From an uncultured Gammaproteobacteria bacterium (lineage in GTDB: Bacteria > Patescibacteriota > Microgenomatia > Levybacterales > UBA12049): DNA of 12,484 nucleotides. Location of the stretch: NCBI GenBank assembly GCA_964372855.1, contig CAYJRY010000039.1:1-12484 (forward strand), written 5' to 3'. Below, piece by piece: positions 5,938-10,078 of the stretch (positions are counted from its first letter, which is position 1; the number at the start of each line of letters is the position of its first letter). Made by a program: the position numbers and the translations under genes. The notes under the pieces are model-generated. The model did not search any database and was not told the DNA's origin. It saw only the letters and a program-made list of their open reading frames with translations.

Positions 5938-5977
5938 AATAATCCAATTCATTTGTTTAATTGTTTATTGGATTATT
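5938..5977. repeat. 11-bp perfect inverted repeat AATAATCCAAT ... ATTGGATTATT with an 18-nt loop containing the direct repeat TTGTTTA-a-TTGTTTA; possible weak terminator of the VanW gene or an operator
   Basis: Read directly: arms at 5938-5948 and 5967-5977, loop direct repeats at 5953-5959 and 5961-5967. The stem is AT-rich and is not followed by a T-run, so terminator function is doubtful. Confidence 0.35.
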
Positions 5978-5985
5978 GGTAGTAT
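5977..5985 (+). promoter_or_regulatory. Extended -10 element TGgTAGTAT, 10 nt upstream of the ATG at 5996
   Basis: Read directly. No SD lies between it and the start codon, implying a very short leader of about 4 nt. Confidence 0.3.
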
Positions 5986-5995
5986 TCTAAAGCAA

Positions 5996-6481
5996 ATGAA
6001 TAAAATAATTAGTCCACGACAAGCAATTAAACTATCAACAGACCTTAGAAAAAGTGGAAAAAGTATTGTCTTGGTTGGTGGTTTTTTTGACATATTACAC
6101 GTTGGTCATATCAAATTCTTAGAAAAAGCGAAACAAAAAGGGGATTTCCTTTTTGTACTACTTGAAGATGATGAAAAGTTAAGGGATTTAAAAGGAGTAG
6201 ATCGACCGATCAATCCTCAAAAAGACCGCGCAAATGTATTGTCCTCTATTCGCTATGTAGACTATGTAATCTTACTAAAAAAGATGACAAATAACTCTAA
6301 ATATGATAAGATTATCCTAAGAATAAGCCCAAATATAATAGCAATAACTTGTCCTGACCCTAATATCAAACATAAAATGAGGCAATCTAAGCTTACTGGT
6401 GCAAAAGTCATGTGTGTAACTAAAAGAGTAAGTGATTATTCAACAACAAGATTGGTTAATTTAATAAAAGACAACTTATGA
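5996..6481 (+). CDS. Cytidylyltransferase-family nucleotidyltransferase, RfaE domain II-like (sugar-phosphate adenylyl/cytidylyltransferase)
   Basis: 161 aa. VLVGGFFDILHVGHIKFLEKAKQKGDFLFVLLEDDEKLRDLKGVDRPINPQKDRANVLSSIRYVDYVILL closely follows the RfaE-II/HldE C-terminal pattern (GcFDilHxGH...GD.L.V..nsD.s...lKG..RPi....R..vl..l..VD.V). Confidence 0.78.
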   Translation: MNKIISPRQAIKLSTDLRKSGKSIVLVGGFFDILHVGHIKFLEKAKQKGDFLFVLLEDDEKLRDLKGVDRPINPQKDRANVLSSIRYVDYVILLKKMTNNSKYDKIILRISPNIIAITCPDPNIKHKMRQSKLTGAKVMCVTKRVSDYSTTRLVNLIKDNL

Positions 6482-6954
6482 AAAAAATTATTTTAGCATT
6501 TACAGTACTTTTAGTAATTGTAGTAGCAATTGTCATTGGGCAAAATTACTTTAGAAATAGGAATATTTTTGAGACTACAACGAGACCTACAGCTACAATA
6601 AATGATAAAACATTTCAGCTAATGTTAGCCAAAACACCTCAAGAGAAAGAAATAGGACTATCAGATACAGAAAATCTTGCTGAGAATACAGGAATGCTAT
6701 TCTTATTTGATTCTCCCAACTTGTATCCTTTTTGGATGAAAAATATGAAAATACCGATTGATATTATTTTTGTTAATGGTGATGAGATAGTAACAATCTT
6801 CGATAATGTCCAGCCTCCGCAAGACTCAACTGAAAATCTAATAATTTATAGACCTGATGAGCCATCTGATAAAGTTCTTGAGATAAATGCCGGACTATCA
6901 GAAGATTATGGATTTAAAAAAGGAGATAAAGTTACTTTGAAAAATTTAGAATAA
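6478..6954 (+). CDS. DUF192-domain protein with N-terminal signal/anchor helix
   Basis: 158 aa. It has an N-terminal hydrophobic helix. The core block GLSDTENLAENTGMLFLFDSPNLYPFWMKNMKIPIDIIFVNGDEIV...LEINAG...GFKKGDKV matches the DUF192 pattern (GLm.r..l....GMlF.f......fWMkntl.pLDiif). The start overlaps the upstream stop (ATGA). Confidence 0.78.
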   Translation: MKKIILAFTVLLVIVVAIVIGQNYFRNRNIFETTTRPTATINDKTFQLMLAKTPQEKEIGLSDTENLAENTGMLFLFDSPNLYPFWMKNMKIPIDIIFVNGDEIVTIFDNVQPPQDSTENLIIYRPDEPSDKVLEINAGLSEDYGFKKGDKVTLKNLE

Positions 6955-8009
6955 TGGTAATTTTAGGAATAGAAACAAGCTGCGATGAAACTTCCGCTGG
7001 TATTGTTGAAAAAGTAAAAAACATAAGAAAAGTAAAATTACTTTCAAACATTGTTACCTCATCTTTACCGCTCCATTCAAAAACAGGTGGAATTATTCCA
7101 GAATCTGCTGCGCGTGAACAACTTAGATTTATAATTCCGGTAATTGAAAAAGCAATTGATGACTCAAAAATTAAAATAAAAAATATTGATGCAATTGCAA
7201 TAACTGTGGGACCTGGACTTCTTGGATCGCTTTTGGTCGGGGTAGAAACAGCAAAAACCCTATCATATGTATGGAAAAAACCTCTTATTCCAGTTAATCA
7301 TCTAATAGGACATATCTACGCCAACTTTGTTGGCGGAATTTCGAATTTCGAATTTCGAATTTCGAATTTTTCTGCCGAAGAAATTTTATTTCCAGCAGTC
7401 TGCTTAATAGTTTCGGGAGGACATACTGACTTAATATTGATGTTTGATCACGGCAGAATTAAGTGGCTTGGAGGAACTCGAGATGATGCAGCAGGGGAGG
7501 CATTCGATAAAATAGGAAGATTACTAGACCTTCCATATCCCGGAGGACCCTCTATTGAAAAAGCTTCTTTAAAAGGAGACCCAAATGTATTCAATTTCCC
7601 AAGGCCAATGATTGGATCAAGTGACTTTGATTTTTCATTTTCCGGTCTAAAAACAGCCGTCCTTAGAGAAGTCAAAGCAATGAAACAACTTAACAATGAA
7701 ACAATTTATAATATGTGCGCCTCAGTTCAGCAAGCCATCATAGATGTGTTAGTAACAAAAACTCTAAAAGCTGCCCAAAAATATAATGTCAAATCAATTC
7801 TTCTCGGAGGAGGTGTTGCGGCAAACCAAAAACTCCGCGACGAATTTAAATTTAAAATTGAAAATTTAAAATTGAAAATTTTATTGTCGGTACCTCCTAA
7901 ATATCTCTGTACGGACAATAGTGCCATGATCGCCGCAGCAGCAGCTTTTAATCTTAACCCTACGCCATTGAAAAAAATACAAGCAAACCCGGAATTGTAT
8001 TTTGATTAA
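6954..8009 (+). CDS. tsaD: tRNA N6-adenosine threonylcarbamoyltransferase TsaD (Kae1/Gcp family)
   Basis: 351 aa. Signatures are ILGIETSCDETSAGIV, the metal-binding HxxxH (VNHLIGHIYA), LIVSGGHTDL, GEAFDKIGRLLDLPYPGGP, FSFSGLKTAV, LLGGGVAAN and CTDNSAMIA. The start overlaps the DUF192 stop (TAATG). Confidence 0.93.
   Translation: MVILGIETSCDETSAGIVEKVKNIRKVKLLSNIVTSSLPLHSKTGGIIPESAAREQLRFIIPVIEKAIDDSKIKIKNIDAIAITVGPGLLGSLLVGVETAKTLSYVWKKPLIPVNHLIGHIYANFVGGISNFEFRISNFSAEEILFPAVCLIVSGGHTDLILMFDHGRIKWLGGTRDDAAGEAFDKIGRLLDLPYPGGPSIEKASLKGDPNVFNFPRPMIGSSDFDFSFSGLKTAVLREVKAMKQLNNETIYNMCASVQQAIIDVLVTKTLKAAQKYNVKSILLGGGVAANQKLRDEFKFKIENLKLKILLSVPPKYLCTDNSAMIAAAAAFNLNPTPLKKIQANPELYFD
7336..7370. repeat. 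Heptanucleotide tandem array GAATTTC x4 + GAATTTT inside tsaD
   Basis: Read directly: ggcgGAATTTCGAATTTCGAATTTCGAATTTCGAATTTTtctg. It is translated as GISNFEFRISNFS, with a 21-nt / 7-aa period. Confidence 0.92.
7851..7878. repeat. 14-nt perfect tandem duplication TTTAAAATTGAAAA x2 inside tsaD
   Basis: Read directly. It encodes part of EFKFKIENLKLKILL, just upstream of the conserved CTDN block. Confidence 0.8.
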
Positions 8010-8578
8010 TTTATAATCCTTTTTTCTTCACCTCTAATTATCCTTTTTACATTTTCTCTGTGCGTCCAAATTGCTATTACTAAAAGTGTCATAAAAAACA
8101 GCGTCAATTCAGGAACAATAAAATAGGAAACAACGAGAAAAATAAAAGCAGATATCAAAGAAGAAATTGACACAATTTTTGTCGATAAGAACACTATTAG
8201 AAATGTTATTATCCCAAATATTGCCACTGTTGGATTAAGTGCTAAGGTGACTCCCAAACCTGTTGCCACCCCTTTCCCGCCTCTAAATTTAAGCCAAACA
8301 GGAAAAACATGTGCCAAGATCGCTATTAATCCAATAACTTGTGTCTGATTTAAGGGTAAAAATTGCAGAGCAAAAAAAGTTGGAACAAATCCTTTCAATG
8401 TATCTCCTACCAAAACAAATACTGCAGGTTTAAGTCCTAAAGTTCTTAATGAATTAGTAAATCCAATATTCCCGCTTCCTTTTTTTTGCAAATCAATTCC
8501 ATGCAACAAACCAACAATTTTGCCACTTGGAATTGAACCCAAAACATAAGATAAAAGCAAAAATAAGGAAAACATCAT
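8006..8578 (-). CDS. plsY: Glycerol-3-phosphate acyltransferase PlsY (acyl-phosphate dependent)
   Basis: 190 aa and polytopic. Signatures are YVLGSIPSGKIVG, KKGSGNIGFTNSLRTLG, GDTLKGFVP and HVFPVWLKFRGGKGVATGLG, the canonical PlsY motifs. Confidence 0.9.
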   Translation of the reverse strand: MMFSLFLLLSYVLGSIPSGKIVGLLHGIDLQKKGSGNIGFTNSLRTLGLKPAVFVLVGDTLKGFVPTFFALQFLPLNQTQVIGLIAILAHVFPVWLKFRGGKGVATGLGVTLALNPTVAIFGIITFLIVFLSTKIVSISSLISAFIFLVVSYFIVPELTLFFMTLLVIAIWTHRENVKRIIRGEEKRIIN

Positions 8579-8585
8579 AAAATTA

Positions 8586-8591
8586 ATTATA
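8586..8591 (-). promoter_or_regulatory. -10 hexamer TATAAT, 7 nt upstream of the plsY ATG (leaderless or near-leaderless)
   Basis: The minus strand reads gagaTATAATtaattttATG. No SD is present. Confidence 0.35.
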
Positions 8592-8602
8592 TCTCAAAAT
8601 CA

Positions 8603-8611
8603 TGATACAAT
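8603..8611 (+). promoter_or_regulatory. Extended -10 element TGaTACAAT, 6 nt upstream of the rmuC ATG (leaderless)
   Basis: The plus strand reads caTGaTACAATactactATG. No SD is present. The predicted +1 coincides with the A of the ATG at 8618. Confidence 0.4.
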
Positions 8612-8617
8612 ACTACT

Positions 8618-9640
8618 ATGCAAGACAATCTATTAATTATTGCTTTTGTTTTAGGATTAATCGCCTTAATTTATTTTATAAATAAGAAATTATCAGAGAT
8701 AAAAAACGAAAGTACCAATACTACACTTTTAGAATGGATAAAAAGTATGCAATCCTCATTAGAGTCAACCAACAAGACATTAAATGAAGCTTTACATTCC
8801 TCCTCAAATAATATGATCCAAACTCTACAGCAAAACTCCAAAGAGCTAAATGAAAGACTAGACCGTGCGGCGATGGTCATAAAAGACGTGGGAAAAGAGG
8901 TCGGTCAAATGTCAGAAATTGGACGAAGCATGAAAGAACTTCAAGACTTCCTAAAAAGTCCAAAATTAAGAGGAAATATAGGAGAACAGGTTCTAAAAGA
9001 TCTAATCGCGCAGTTGTTTCCCAGAAATAGCTTTTTTTTACAATACCAATTCAAATCTGGAGAGAAAGTTGATGCCGCGATAAAAACAGACGCAGGAATT
9101 CTACCTATAGACTCAAAATTCCCGATGGAAAATTTCCAAAAGATGATTAAAGCAGAAAATCCGCAAAATCGAGAAGAAGCAAAGAAACAATTTGTCAAAG
9201 ATGTAAAAAAACACATAAACTCAATAGCCAAAAAATATATATTGCCTTTGGAAGGAACAATGGATTTTGCTTTAATGTATATACCAAGTGAATCAGTTTA
9301 TTATGAATTAGTTAATATGCTGGATGTTATGGAATATGCAAGAAATCTTCGTGTTTATACTGTTTCCCCAAGCACTCTTTATACCCATCTTCAAACAATT
9401 CTTTTATCATTCGAGGGTAAAAAAATAGAGCTAAGATCAAAAGAAATATTCAAAATGCTTCGAACTCTTCAGATTGATTATTTAAAACTAGAAGAAAATT
9501 TGGATGTTCTTGGTAAACATATAAATAATGCATCTTCTCAATTCGCGAATGTAAGTAATGGATTTGCTCAAATCGGACATAAAATTAAATCAACCAATAC
9601 CCTTGAGGAAACAAAACAAATATTGGATGAGGGGAGGTGA
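8618..9640 (+). CDS. rmuC: DNA recombination protein RmuC (N-terminal anchor + coiled coil + restriction-endonuclease-like domain)
   Basis: 340 aa. The block LKSPKLRGNIGEQVLKDLIAQLFP......QY.F.SGEKVDAAIK....ILPIDSKFPMENF, followed by MYIPSESVYYEL, is the conserved RmuC core. Confidence 0.87.
   Translation: MQDNLLIIAFVLGLIALIYFINKKLSEIKNESTNTTLLEWIKSMQSSLESTNKTLNEALHSSSNNMIQTLQQNSKELNERLDRAAMVIKDVGKEVGQMSEIGRSMKELQDFLKSPKLRGNIGEQVLKDLIAQLFPRNSFFLQYQFKSGEKVDAAIKTDAGILPIDSKFPMENFQKMIKAENPQNREEAKKQFVKDVKKHINSIAKKYILPLEGTMDFALMYIPSESVYYELVNMLDVMEYARNLRVYTVSPSTLYTHLQTILLSFEGKKIELRSKEIFKMLRTLQIDYLKLEENLDVLGKHINNASSQFANVSNGFAQIGHKIKSTNTLEETKQILDEGR
9633..9637 (+). promoter_or_regulatory. Shine-Dalgarno GGAGG, 9 nt upstream of the TTG start at 9647 (adjacent to the rmuC TGA stop at 9638-9640)
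   Basis: Read directly: ggGGAGGtgaaaataaTTG. Confidence 0.6.
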
Positions 9641-9646
9641 AAATAA

Positions 9647-10057
9647 TTGAATAAACTTATACTTATAGCCATTGCCTTAGTTGTAGTAGTTGCTGGCGCA
9701 ATAATGCTTGGAGGCAATAAATCAAGCCAACCAAAACAAACAGAATTACCGGTTCAAACTCAATCCGAACCACAAAATACAAATCAAGAGTTAACAACGA
9801 TTATATTAGATGAAACTGGTTTCTCGCCTAAAGAAGTTAACATAAAACAAGGAACAAAAGTGATGTGGATAAACAAAACAGATTCAACAGCAACAGTGAG
9901 TTCCGATGATCACCCAACTCATCAAATATATCCAAAACTTAATTTGGGACAATTTGACAGCGGATCATCCCATCAATTGGTATTTGATGAAAAAGGTACT
10001 TATGGCTATCACAATCATTTAGACGCTAGCCAAACAGGAACGGTAATAGTTGAGTAA
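9647..10057 (+). CDS. Secreted/anchored cupredoxin-like domain protein (no Cys; His-rich candidate ligands)
   Basis: 136 aa with a TTG start. It has an N-terminal hydrophobic helix (LILIAIALVVVVAGAIML) and a low-complexity linker. A beta-rich domain follows, FSPKEVNIKQGTKVMWINKTDSTATVSSDDHPTH....F.....G.S....F.EKGTYGYHNHLDASQTGTVIV, which resembles cupredoxin_1/EfeO-type folds. The assignment is from pattern memory only. Confidence 0.55.
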   Translation: MNKLILIAIALVVVVAGAIMLGGNKSSQPKQTELPVQTQSEPQNTNQELTTIILDETGFSPKEVNIKQGTKVMWINKTDSTATVSSDDHPTHQIYPKLNLGQFDSGSSHQLVFDEKGTYGYHNHLDASQTGTVIVE

Positions 10058-10062
10058 TTCTG

Positions 10063-10071
10063 TGGTAAAAT
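10063..10071 (+). promoter_or_regulatory. Extended -10 element TGgTAAAAT, 7 nt upstream of the helicase ATG (leaderless or near-leaderless)
   Basis: The plus strand reads tgTGgTAAAATacctttcATG. No SD is present. Confidence 0.4.
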
Positions 10072-10078
10072 ACCTTTC

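Noticed and set aside
5938-5977. The 11-bp inverted repeat after the VanW gene considered as a third REP-like copy
   Set aside because: It shares no sequence similarity with the RAYT-flanking hairpins and is entirely A/T-rich apart from CC/GG. It is kept only as a low-confidence terminator/operator candidate.
7336-7370. Heptamer arrays considered as a CRISPR-like or minisatellite locus
   Set aside because: The units are 7 nt with no spacers, and the arrays lie inside intact reading frames. They are not CRISPR arrays. They are reported as coding microsatellites instead.
7448-7927. Two antisense ORFs (7448-7696 and 7727-7927) inside tsaD
   Set aside because: Both are antisense to conserved tsaD blocks. 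Their composition mirrors the sense-strand codons, and nothing supports expression.
8671-9231. Two antisense ORFs (8671-8880 and 8941-9231) inside rmuC
   Set aside because: Same reasoning: they are nested antisense to a confident CDS and have no motifs.
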